Shown here: positions 17,476-25,925 of the stretch, piece after piece
Layout of the letters: each line of letters opens with the position of its first letter
Numbering within the stretch: position 1 is the first letter of the stretch
Virus record (IMG/VR): IMGVR_UViG_3300043753_000023
Span: 26,497-90,496 of that record
Length of the DNA stretch: 64,000 nt
Reading direction: 5' to 3' (one strand)
Source of the DNA: a virus
Taxonomy: Duplodnaviria > Caudoviricetes
Translations under genes and position numbers: made by a program
Notes under the pieces: generated by a model
Databases searched by the model: none
What the model saw: the letters and a program-made list of their open reading frames with translations, nothing else
Told to the model about the DNA's origin: nothing

Positions 17476-17531
17476 TGCCGAGGCCTGGGCAACCCGTCCA
17501 GGCCGCCCCCTTCCCTATCCAGGAGACCCCC

Positions 17532-17978
17532 ATGGACCGCACCGACCAGAACCTCGACGCCGGCATCGCCGACACCCAGTCCGTCATGGGTCGCCTTGAG
17601 CAGAAGGCCACGATCTTCTCTGCCATCAACACGGCTCTCCTCATCGTTCCCGCAAGTCTCGGCCTGGGATCCTGCCCCACCCCGGTTGTTTTGCTCGCCG
17701 GGATCAGCATCACGATCGTGGTCGCGGCGCTCACGCAAGGGCTGCTCGCAATCCGGCCCTTCCTTGGCGGCTCCGACAGGTCGTCGTTCCCTTGGTGGGC
17801 AGAGGCGGAACCCGCGGAGCTCGACGCCACACTCGCGATGGATAACCGCAAAGCCCAGCTGGTCAACCTGCCGAAGATCTGCATGGGGAAGATGGTCAAA
17901 CTGCAGCGGTGCAGCGACTGGACGATCGCCGCCTTCGTGGCGCTTGCCGTCACTGTGATCGCCCGGGCTGCCCTCTGA
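17532..17978 (+). CDS. Pycsar effector-like (DUF5706/PycTM) membrane protein
   Basis: RLEQKATIFSAIN, TM-TM-IRP, KMVKLQRC then a terminal TM; CAGGAG RBS. Confidence 0.7.
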   Translation: MDRTDQNLDAGIADTQSVMGRLEQKATIFSAINTALLIVPASLGLGSCPTPVVLLAGISITIVVAALTQGLLAIRPFLGGSDRSSFPWWAEAEPAELDATLAMDNRKAQLVNLPKICMGKMVKLQRCSDWTIAAFVALAVTVIARAAL

Positions 17979-18061
17979 ACTGCCGCCCAGCGGGCCCCGG
18001 CTGGGCGAGCCGCACCGGGCCCGCGCCCTGGCAGTGACATCGGCCAGTCGAGCAGCAGGAC

Positions 18062-18090
18062 TTGCCAACTCGCTCGCGATCAATAACACT
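18062..18090 (+). promoter_or_regulatory. Candidate promoter TTGCCA-N16/17-TAACACT
   Basis: Sigma70-like hexamers in an AT-richer intergenic region. Confidence 0.4.
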
Positions 18091-18117
18091 AATCCCAACG
18101 GCATCACTGTGCCTCGA

Positions 18118-18150
18118 AACGAGCCCCGCCCCCGCTGGCGGGGCTTTCGT
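18118..18150 (+). terminator. Hairpin plus TTTCG tail upstream of the HTH gene
   Basis: AGCCCCGCC/GGCGGGGCT stem. Confidence 0.65.
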
Positions 18151-18168
18151 GCGTCTAGGGGGTGCATC

Positions 18169-18405
18169 GTGGCCCTCGACCTTCGCCTCCTTCACGCAAC
18201 CCCGGACCAGCTCGTCGACGTCTTCGAGACCGCACGCTTCTTCGGGGTAAAGCCCGTGACGATCCGCCAGTGGACACGCCTCGGCTACATCACGCCGATC
18301 ATCCGGGGCGAACTCGGACGCAACAAGCGCAGCTTGTACTGGCTGCCCGACCTCGTGGCCTACAAGAAACTCCGCGACGGCAAGCCCGAGGCCGCCGCCG
18401 CCTGA
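18169..18405 (+). CDS. MerR-like HTH DNA-binding protein
   Basis: VDVFETARFFGVKPVTIRQWTRLGYI...LYWLPDL. Confidence 0.8.
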   Translation: MALDLRLLHATPDQLVDVFETARFFGVKPVTIRQWTRLGYITPIIRGELGRNKRSLYWLPDLVAYKKLRDGKPEAAAA

Positions 18406-18575
18406 AGCTCCCGCCGGCCCGCTTCCCTGCGGGCGTCCTGGCGGGACGGCCCGCGTCGTCCGAGGGTGCGACGCAGGGCCCTGATGGGGGTTCCGGGAGT
18501 GCCGCCAGTCGACGAGCTGACGCCGGCCCCGGAACCCCCACACCCTCCCCAGCTGCCGATCAGGAGGATTCGACG

Positions 18576-18755
18576 GTGAAACGCCTACGCCGAGACCTCT
18601 GGTGGTGGGCCGAGCGGCGAGCTGGACAACTGTGGTCCCAGGCGTGCCGTGACGGCACCTCCTGCTGGCTCGACTGGCTGCCCTCCTACTGCGCCCGCCG
18701 CCGGTACGCCGCCGAACGCGCCCTGCACCCCGAGCTGTTCATGGCGGCCGAGTGA
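18576..18755 (+). CDS. Small Trp-rich hypothetical protein
   Basis: AGGAGG RBS; GTG start. Confidence 0.6.
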   Translation: MKRLRRDLWWWAERRAGQLWSQACRDGTSCWLDWLPSYCARRRYAAERALHPELFMAAE

Positions 18756-19012
18756 CCGACAATCCGTGGCGCGCCCTCGACGACCCCTTCACCGAACCCG
18801 ACGACTGGGCGCCGATCCCCGGCACCTGCTCTCGCTGCGGCCAACCCGCCCACCTCGGCGAGCGGCGCTGGTGGCACCTCGGGGACGTCTGCCCGAGCCG
18901 TGGCAGGCAAGCCGACTTCCTGCCCGACCCGCCAACACCGGCCCCGTGCCCCGACTGCACCACCTGCGACAGTCACGGCGACTGCCCCACCTGCCGCCAT
19001 CGGTATTTCTGA
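18752..19012 (+). CDS. Cys-rich Zn-binding hypothetical protein
   Basis: CSRC, CPDC, CTTC, CPTC. Confidence 0.65.
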   Translation: MTDNPWRALDDPFTEPDDWAPIPGTCSRCGQPAHLGERRWWHLGDVCPSRGRQADFLPDPPTPAPCPDCTTCDSHGDCPTCRHRYF

Positions 19013-19036
19013 CCAGCCCTCATCAAGGAGACGCCC

Positions 19037-19297
19037 ATGTCCAGCATCATCGACGACCTCAAGGCCCGGTTCGCCAAGTTCGGCGCCGAGTTCCACGACG
19101 CTCTCGACAAGCTCCGCGGCGACGAGAAGCAGCTCGCCACCGAGGCCAAGGCCGACGTCACCAAGGTCGAGACTGACGTCCGCCCGGCGATGCAGGAGGC
19201 GCAGGCCGACGCCGAGAAGCTCGCCGGCGAGGCTGTCACCGACATCAAGCAGGCCACCCAGCCGGTCGCCAACCCCGAGCCGCCGACCGCGGCCTGA
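19037..19297 (+). CDS. Hypothetical helical protein
   Basis: AAGGAG RBS. Confidence 0.8.
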   Translation: MSSIIDDLKARFAKFGAEFHDALDKLRGDEKQLATEAKADVTKVETDVRPAMQEAQADAEKLAGEAVTDIKQATQPVANPEPPTAA

Positions 19298-19336
19298 CCG
19301 GACCCCAGTCCCAGCGCGCGAGATCGGAAGGCGTCC

Positions 19337-19909
19337 ATGGCTAACGGCAACAAGCCGACCTGCGGCGCCAAAACCCGGCAGGAGGGCAGCGCCGAGTTCT
19401 GCGGCCTGCCCGCCGGTTGGGGAAGTGACCATCCTGGGATCGGGCGATGCAAGTTGCACGGCGGCAACACCGGGAAACAGCGCGTCGGCGCCGCCAGGGT
19501 CAGGGCCGAGCAGGAGGTGCAGCAGGTGCTTGCCGAACTCGATGTCCCAGCCGTCGACGACCCGCTCACCGCGCTGTCCCAACTCGCCGGACAGGTGGTC
19601 GCCTGGCAGACCGCCACCGCCACCCTCGTCAACCGGCTCGACGACCAGGTCCGCTACGAAGGTGCTACCGGAGCCGAGCAGCTCCGCGCCGAGGTCGGCC
19701 TCTACGAGCGCGCCATGGACCGCGCCAACACCGTGCTGTCCACCATCGCCCGCCTCGACATCGACGGACGCCTTGCTCGTATTGAGGAAGCCAAGGCGCA
19801 GATCCTCATGGAAGCCGTGCAAGCTGGCCTCGACGCGATTGGGCTCCCCAGCGAGCAGGCCACCACCGTGAAACAGGTCATGGCGCGGAGGCTGCGGGCC
19901 GTGTCCTGA
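19337..19909 (+). CDS. Probable terminase small subunit (HGG motif)
   Basis: CGAKTR...CKLHGG; directly before the large terminase. Confidence 0.75.
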   Translation: MANGNKPTCGAKTRQEGSAEFCGLPAGWGSDHPGIGRCKLHGGNTGKQRVGAARVRAEQEVQQVLAELDVPAVDDPLTALSQLAGQVVAWQTATATLVNRLDDQVRYEGATGAEQLRAEVGLYERAMDRANTVLSTIARLDIDGRLARIEEAKAQILMEAVQAGLDAIGLPSEQATTVKQVMARRLRAVS

Positions 19910-19922
19910 AGGCGGTGACGCC

Positions 19923-21500
19923 ATGGCGCGCCGCTCCGCATTCACCGTCCTCGCCGACCAGTTGGAAGACTCCACCGCCAACCAGGCCCGCGCTGCGGAC
20001 TACGCTGCCGACCCGGCACTGTGGGCCCGGGAGAAGCTCGGCGAACACTTCTGGTCCAAGCAGGTCGAGATCGCCGACTCGGTCCGCGACAACCGACTGA
20101 CTGCCGTGCAGAGTTGCCACGGCGTAGGGAAGTCCTGGACCGCGTCGCGTCTCACCGCCTGGTGGCTGGACATCCACCCGCCCGGCGAAGCCCGCGTCGT
20201 TACCACCGCCCCCACCGGCGACCAGGTCAAGGCGATCCTCTGGTCTGAGATCAACGCCGCCTTCGCAACAGCGGCAGCCCGCGGCAACCCGCTTCCGGGC
20301 CGGATCAACGAGACGGACTGGAAGCTCGGCAAGCGGCTGATCGCCTTCGGCCGCAAGCCCAGCGACTACAATCCGCACGCCTTCCAAGGCATCCACGCCA
20401 GGTACGTCCTTGTAGTGCTCGACGAGGCCTGCGGCATCAACAAGCAGTTCTGGGTGGCCGCCCAAGCGATCGCCACCGGCGAGCACTGCCGGATTCTCGC
20501 CATCGGCAACCCCGACGACCCTGGATCCCAGTTCGCCAAGGTCTGCGCGAACGACCGCTGGAACACCATCCGGATCTCCGCGTTCGACACGCCGAACTTC
20601 ACAGGCGAGCCGGTTCCCGATGACCTCAAACCGATGCTCGTCTCGCACGCCTACGAGCACGACATGCGCACCGAGTTCGGCGAGCATGCCCCCACCTACA
20701 TCTCCAAGGTGCTCGGCCAGTTCCCCCACGACGCCGACGACGGCGTGGTACGACTCTCCGCCGTCCGCGCCTGCGCGCTACCTCCCTCCACGCCACTGCT
20801 CTATACCGACCTGACGCCAGTGCAGTTGGGCGTCGACCTAGGCGCCGGCGGCGACGAAACCGTCATCCGGGAACGCCGCGGCATGCGGGTCGGCCGCGAA
20901 TGGCGCAGCCGCGAGAAGGACCCGACCAAGGTTGTCGATGTGATCGTCGCGGCGATCCGCGACTCCAAGGCCACTGTGGTGAAGGTCGACTCCATCGGCA
21001 TCGGCTGGGGCATCGTCGGCACGCTGCGGGAACGCCGCGCGAAGGGCGAGCACGACGCCGACATCATCGGCGTCAACGTGAGCGAAGCCAGCACCGAGCC
21101 CGAGAAGTTCGGCCGCCTACGCTCCCAAATCTGGTGGCAAGTTGGCCGGCAACTCTCCGAAGACCGCGGCTGGGACCTGTCCGAGCTTGACGAGGACGAC
21201 CGGGAACGCCTGGTGTCCCAACTGACCGCCCCCAAGTACTCGCTGGACGCTGCCGGGCGGATCGTCGTCGAGCCCAAGCCCGAGACGAAGAAGCGCATCG
21301 GCCGCAGCCCCGACAATGCCGACGCCCTGCTCCTCGCGTTTTACGCGGGCTCCGGGTCTGACGCACACGCCTGGATCAACCACTTGCAGCGCAAGGTCGG
21401 TGCCGACGCCGACACGGCACCCGAGGCAACATCCGCTTCGCCGGCCCCCGCCGATGCCCTGGCCGCAGCCCGGCACAACGCCTACCGACAGCAGCGCTAA
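19923..21500 (+). CDS. Terminase large subunit
   Basis: SCHGVGKS Walker A, VVLDEA Walker B, GVDLGAGGD, DNADALLL nuclease motifs. Confidence 0.93.
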   Translation: MARRSAFTVLADQLEDSTANQARAADYAADPALWAREKLGEHFWSKQVEIADSVRDNRLTAVQSCHGVGKSWTASRLTAWWLDIHPPGEARVVTTAPTGDQVKAILWSEINAAFATAAARGNPLPGRINETDWKLGKRLIAFGRKPSDYNPHAFQGIHARYVLVVLDEACGINKQFWVAAQAIATGEHCRILAIGNPDDPGSQFAKVCANDRWNTIRISAFDTPNFTGEPVPDDLKPMLVSHAYEHDMRTEFGEHAPTYISKVLGQFPHDADDGVVRLSAVRACALPPSTPLLYTDLTPVQLGVDLGAGGDETVIRERRGMRVGREWRSREKDPTKVVDVIVAAIRDSKATVVKVDSIGIGWGIVGTLRERRAKGEHDADIIGVNVSEASTEPEKFGRLRSQIWWQVGRQLSEDRGWDLSELDEDDRERLVSQLTAPKYSLDAAGRIVVEPKPETKKRIGRSPDNADALLLAFYAGSGSDAHAWINHLQRKVGADADTAPEATSASPAPADALAAARHNAYRQQR

Positions 21501-21519
21501 ACGACGGGGGGCTGCCGGG

Positions 21520-23790
21520 ATGGTCGACCCCCGCCGCATTGCCAAAACCTACGGGGAGCCCGCCCCCATGGCGGCCGGCGAAGCGGCCGCGCGGATGACG
21601 CCGACGTCGCCCTTCTCGCCCGGCGCGCCGATCAACCCGTACGACGGCTACTCGCGGACCCCGCGAGTGCAGGAGTACGTGCCCGGTTACAACATCTCGG
21701 CGAGGCCCCGCTCCCATGAGCGGGTGTCGTTCGAGACGCTGCGTGGGCTGGTCAACTCCTACGACGTTGCGCAGATGTGCATCTGGCATCGGATCGACTC
21801 GATCCGGTCGTTGGACTGGTCGCTCGTCGCGGCCCCGCACTTCGACGGGGACGTCACCGATGCAGTCCGGGTCGGCATGGCGGTGCTGTCCAAGCCGGAT
21901 GGTCGGACGCCATTCAGCACGTGGCTGTCGTCGTACCTGTACGACATCCTCGCCTATGATGCCGGCGCGCTCTACCGGCTGCGGAATCGTCGCGGAGATG
22001 CGATCGGGCTGCTGAACGTGGACGGCACCACCATCGCGCCGCTCCTCGACTACTGGGGCCGTCCTCCCGCCGCGGCCGCACCCGGGGAACCCGAGCCGGA
22101 AGCCTTCGTCCAGTACATCAACGGCCTGAGCTGGAACTGGTTGACCCTCAGCGACCTGATCTACCAGCCGTTTCGGAAGAAGAATGACTCCCCGTACGGG
22201 CTGTCTCCGCTTGAGACCATCCTGCTCAATGCCAACACCGACATTCGGTTTCAGGTCTACTTCCTGCAGCGATTCACCGAGGGCAACATCCCGGAGGCCT
22301 TCGCGTCAGCCCCCGAGTCGTGGTCACCCGACCAGATCGAGCAGTGGCAAGGCCTCTGGGACTCGTTCATGTCCGGCGACCAGGCCCAGAAGCACACCAT
22401 CAAGTGGCTTCCCAGCGGGTCGACGATCGCATGGTCGAACGAGAAGGACTTCACAGACGCGTTCTCGCTGTTCTTGATGCGCAAGACCGCCGCGGCCTAT
22501 CACGTGGTACCGAGTGACTTGGGGTTCACCGAGACCGTCAACCTGTCCTCCTCCGAGAGCCAGGCCGACGTGCAGCACCGCGTCGGCGACCTGCCGCTGA
22601 TCCGGCACGTCCAAGGGGTTCTGACCCGCTTTCTGCAGGACGATCTCGGGTTGCCGCTCGAGTTCCTCTGGGACCTGGGCGAAGAGCAGGCCGACCGCCT
22701 CCAGCAGGCTCAGGCTGACCTGATCTATATGAACTCGGGCGTGATCGGGGCCAGCGACATCCGCGAGATGCGCTACGGCCTGGCCGAGCCGGCAGGCGTG
22801 CCCGTGCCGCGGTTCATCTTCACCGAGCGATCCGGTCCGATCCCGCTCGCCAGCCTGTACGCGCTGGCCGGTCAAATCGACTCGGCCTCCGCGGCCCCGC
22901 TGCCGGGCGCCCAGTTGCCGCACGCCGCGTTCACCGCGGCCGAGGGTGTCGTCCCGAACCCGCCCGTCCTGACCGCACCCCTTGCCGAGCAGGAGTACGG
23001 GCCGTCCGCGATCCCGCCCACACCGCAACCCCCGGCCCCCGAGGCCCCGGTCGGCAAGGACGCCGGGGCGCTGACGGCCGGGATCACGACCGCGACTGGG
23101 ATCACCGGGTATGACCTCGTTGGCCGGCGCGAGGACGACGAGGGTGACGAGCCAGAGGCGGACCAGCAGCGGTTGGCCAAAACTGAGCTTGCGGCGTTCC
23201 GAAAGTTCGCCAAAGCCCGCCGCCGCGCCGGACGTTGGCGGGACTTCGAGTTCCGGCATGCCGACCCCGTTGACGCCCGACGGTTCAACCAGGGCGGCCA
23301 GCTCGCGGTCCGCAAGGACGCCGGACAGATTGCGGTTGCCGGGCTTGCCGTGATGGCAGCCGACACCGGCCGCGTCCTCATGCTGCAGCGATGCCTCGGC
23401 CCTGAGGATCCTGCTGGCGGAACCTTCGAATTCCCCGGCGGTCACCTCGAGGATGATGAGACACCGCTGATGGGCGCCTGGCGGGAGTGGGCAGAGGAGA
23501 CCGGATGCGTCCCGCCGCCTGGCGTGCAGACCGGCACGTGGACGAGTCCGGACGGCATCTATCAGGGCATCGTCTGGACTGTCGACTCCGAGGCCTTCGT
23601 GCCCGTACGCGGCGATCGGGAGATTTCCAACCCAGATGACCCGGACGGCGACCAGGTCGAAGCGATCGCCTGGTGGGACCCGGCGCAGCTCGACGACAAC
23701 CCGGCAGTACGTCCCGAACTGCTCGCGTCGCTACCCAACGTCCTTGTCGCTCTCGGCCGTGCGCCCGACGACGAGACCCCCAACGCATAG
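21520..23790 (+). CDS. Portal protein with C-terminal Nudix hydrolase domain
   Basis: Portal motifs (YDAGALYRLR, SPYGLSPLE, AYHVVPSDLGF); Nudix box GHLEDDETPLMGAWREWAEETG. Confidence 0.88.
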   Translation: MVDPRRIAKTYGEPAPMAAGEAAARMTPTSPFSPGAPINPYDGYSRTPRVQEYVPGYNISARPRSHERVSFETLRGLVNSYDVAQMCIWHRIDSIRSLDWSLVAAPHFDGDVTDAVRVGMAVLSKPDGRTPFSTWLSSYLYDILAYDAGALYRLRNRRGDAIGLLNVDGTTIAPLLDYWGRPPAAAAPGEPEPEAFVQYINGLSWNWLTLSDLIYQPFRKKNDSPYGLSPLETILLNANTDIRFQVYFLQRFTEGNIPEAFASAPESWSPDQIEQWQGLWDSFMSGDQAQKHTIKWLPSGSTIAWSNEKDFTDAFSLFLMRKTAAAYHVVPSDLGFTETVNLSSSESQADVQHRVGDLPLIRHVQGVLTRFLQDDLGLPLEFLWDLGEEQADRLQQAQADLIYMNSGVIGASDIREMRYGLAEPAGVPVPRFIFTERSGPIPLASLYALAGQIDSASAAPLPGAQLPHAAFTAAEGVVPNPPVLTAPLAEQEYGPSAIPPTPQPPAPEAPVGKDAGALTAGITTATGITGYDLVGRREDDEGDEPEADQQRLAKTELAAFRKFAKARRRAGRWRDFEFRHADPVDARRFNQGGQLAVRKDAGQIAVAGLAVMAADTGRVLMLQRCLGPEDPAGGTFEFPGGHLEDDETPLMGAWREWAEETGCVPPPGVQTGTWTSPDGIYQGIVWTVDSEAFVPVRGDREISNPDDPDGDQVEAIAWWDPAQLDDNPAVRPELLASLPNVLVALGRAPDDETPNA

Positions 23791-23800
23791 GCGGTGTGGC

Positions 23801-24196
23801 ATGCCTGGGCCAGAGGCCCGCTTCATTCTCGGCTTGGCCTACCAGGCTGGCCGGGACCCACGCATCGCAAAGGGCGCCGACGGGGGGCGCGACTTCTTCA
23901 CCGCGGAAGAGCTGGAGAAGGCGTGTTGGTCCTTCCTGCCGGGCGGCGCGGACGTTGGGCTCTTCCACGGCCCTGACGACACGATCGGACACTTCACGGT
24001 GACCGAGTCGTACATCTACCGCGGCCCTGACTGGGGACAGCCCGACGGCACAGTCATCAAGGTCGGCGACTGGCTCATCGGCGGCATCTGCGACGCAGCC
24101 TCATGGCAGCTCGTCAAGTCCGGGAAAGTCAACGGCTTCAGCCCCCAGGGATTCGCCCGGCGCATCACACCACGAGACGTCAGGAGCGACCCGTGA
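23801..24196 (+). CDS. XkdF-like prohead protease
   Basis: DFFTAEELEKACWSF, GLFHG, ESYIY, WQLVKSGKVNGFSPQG. Confidence 0.8.
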   Translation: MPGPEARFILGLAYQAGRDPRIAKGADGGRDFFTAEELEKACWSFLPGGADVGLFHGPDDTIGHFTVTESYIYRGPDWGQPDGTVIKVGDWLIGGICDAASWQLVKSGKVNGFSPQGFARRITPRDVRSDP

Positions 24197-25839
24197 CCGA
24201 CCTCATCCCCGACGACGACGGCTTCACCGAACTGGTGGACCCCCACGTGCCACGTGTTGACCTCGTCGGCGCCCCCGCGAACGGCGCGCCCGGCTGGCTG
24301 CTGATGAAACAGGACGCAGGCGCCGGGCTCCTCGATCCCGACTACATCCGCGGCCTGATCGGCAAGTCCGAACCCACCGACAACAGTAGGGAGACGGTGA
24401 CCATGTCCGGCAGCCCCGGCGCAATCGCCCGACTTATTCACGAGGCGAGTCTGCGCCACGAGGCCACCGGGGACGTGACCAAGATGCTCGTCGACGCCGA
24501 CCCGGACGACGGAATGGACGCCCTCGACCCGACCGTGCCGCTCGCCGAGCCGGACAGCAATGCACCCGGGTCGCCGACCGAGCCCGGCTCGCCGGCCTGG
24601 GAGACGGTTGACGCCGCCACCGCTTGCAAGTGGACGGCGATCCTCGCCCGCGCCCGCGCAGCCGTCGAACTCCTCGCGGACCGGGAGATGCTCGAGGCCG
24701 CGTCTGCCGACCCGGACGATGCCGACAACGCCATGGACCTGCAGGACGCGGCCTGCGCCATCGACTACGCCATCAGCATCCTGGCGCCATTCGCCGTCGC
24801 CGAGGAGACCGAAGCAGCCGTCGGCGCCATGGACGTCATGGCCGCGGTCGGCAAGGCGCTCGCCGCCTACGACTCTGCCGGCCTCGACACGATCGAGGCC
24901 GCCACCGCGATCCGCAAGGCGGGCCGCTCCCTGTCCGCCGCCAACGAGCAGGCCATCCGGGATGCCGTCAGCAGCCTGCAGACGGTCCTGGCATCGCTCC
25001 CCGCCGCGCCGGTGGAGAAGACCGCGAACGAGGAGCAGGACATGCCGAGCCCGACCACCTCCGATGAGGCGACGAGCGATTCCGGGCAGCAGCCCGCGAT
25101 GGGCAGCCGGGAGGCGGATCCCAAGCCCGAGGCCGGCGCCCCCGTCGCCGAGGTCGGCAAGGCCGACGGCGAGAAGACCCCGATGGTCGTCGTCTACGAC
25201 CAGAAGGGGCGCCTGATCGGCATCGTCGACCCGGCCGACGTCATCCCAGTGGCGAACGCTGAGGCTGACGCCGACGACATGGATTCCGTCGATGGCGACG
25301 CCTCGGACGACGACACCGACGAAGCGTCCGACGACAACCAGACCGCCGACCTGGCGCCGCAGCCCGCGGATCAGGCCGGCACCCCCGCCGACGCCGTCCA
25401 GGACGACGACACGGTCACCAAGAGCACCACCACCAACGACAGCACCGATCTCTCGGAGATGTTCAAGAGCAGCCTCCTGGCTGCGGTCGAAGACGTCGTG
25501 ACGAAGCAGAGCGCCGCCCAGGCAGAGCGCCTCGCCACCATCGGCGATGCGGTCCTGGAAGTTGCGGGCCTCGTCGAGACCCTGAAGGGCCGCATCGGAG
25601 TACTGGAAGAGCAGCCCGCCGAGCCCAAGGTGTTCACCCAGGGAGCCGGGCCCCGCCCGCTGCCTCAGCACCTGCGCGGCCACGACCAGGGCACCACGCC
25701 CACAAACGTCGACCTCACCAAGGCCGCCGAGTTCAAGAAGCAGCTCTACACCGGCGGTGACGCCGGCGCACAGCAGCAGGCCTTCCTCGGCCTGCAGGAG
25801 ATGGCCATCGCCCAACTCGCTGCCATGCGCCGCCAGTAG
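24193..25839 (+). CDS. Head scaffold / maturation protein
   Basis: PRVDLVGAPANG N-terminus, acidic low-complexity region, position before the capsid gene. Confidence 0.7.
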   Translation: MTDLIPDDDGFTELVDPHVPRVDLVGAPANGAPGWLLMKQDAGAGLLDPDYIRGLIGKSEPTDNSRETVTMSGSPGAIARLIHEASLRHEATGDVTKMLVDADPDDGMDALDPTVPLAEPDSNAPGSPTEPGSPAWETVDAATACKWTAILARARAAVELLADREMLEAASADPDDADNAMDLQDAACAIDYAISILAPFAVAEETEAAVGAMDVMAAVGKALAAYDSAGLDTIEAATAIRKAGRSLSAANEQAIRDAVSSLQTVLASLPAAPVEKTANEEQDMPSPTTSDEATSDSGQQPAMGSREADPKPEAGAPVAEVGKADGEKTPMVVVYDQKGRLIGIVDPADVIPVANAEADADDMDSVDGDASDDDTDEASDDNQTADLAPQPADQAGTPADAVQDDDTVTKSTTTNDSTDLSEMFKSSLLAAVEDVVTKQSAAQAERLATIGDAVLEVAGLVETLKGRIGVLEEQPAEPKVFTQGAGPRPLPQHLRGHDQGTTPTNVDLTKAAEFKKQLYTGGDAGAQQQAFLGLQEMAIAQLAAMRRQ

Positions 25840-25870
25840 ACGGCCCCCAAAGCTCGCACACTCTTCCAAC

Positions 25871-25919
25871 AGCCCCCGAGAGCGCTAAAGCGCCCGGGGG
25901 CTTTCGCATGCCCAGGAGG
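25871..25919 (+). terminator. Hairpin-TTTCGCATGCCC-RBS element upstream of the capsid gene
   Basis: AGCCCCCG/CGGGGGCT stem followed by CAGGAGG. Confidence 0.65.
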
Positions 25920-25925
25920 CACCCC

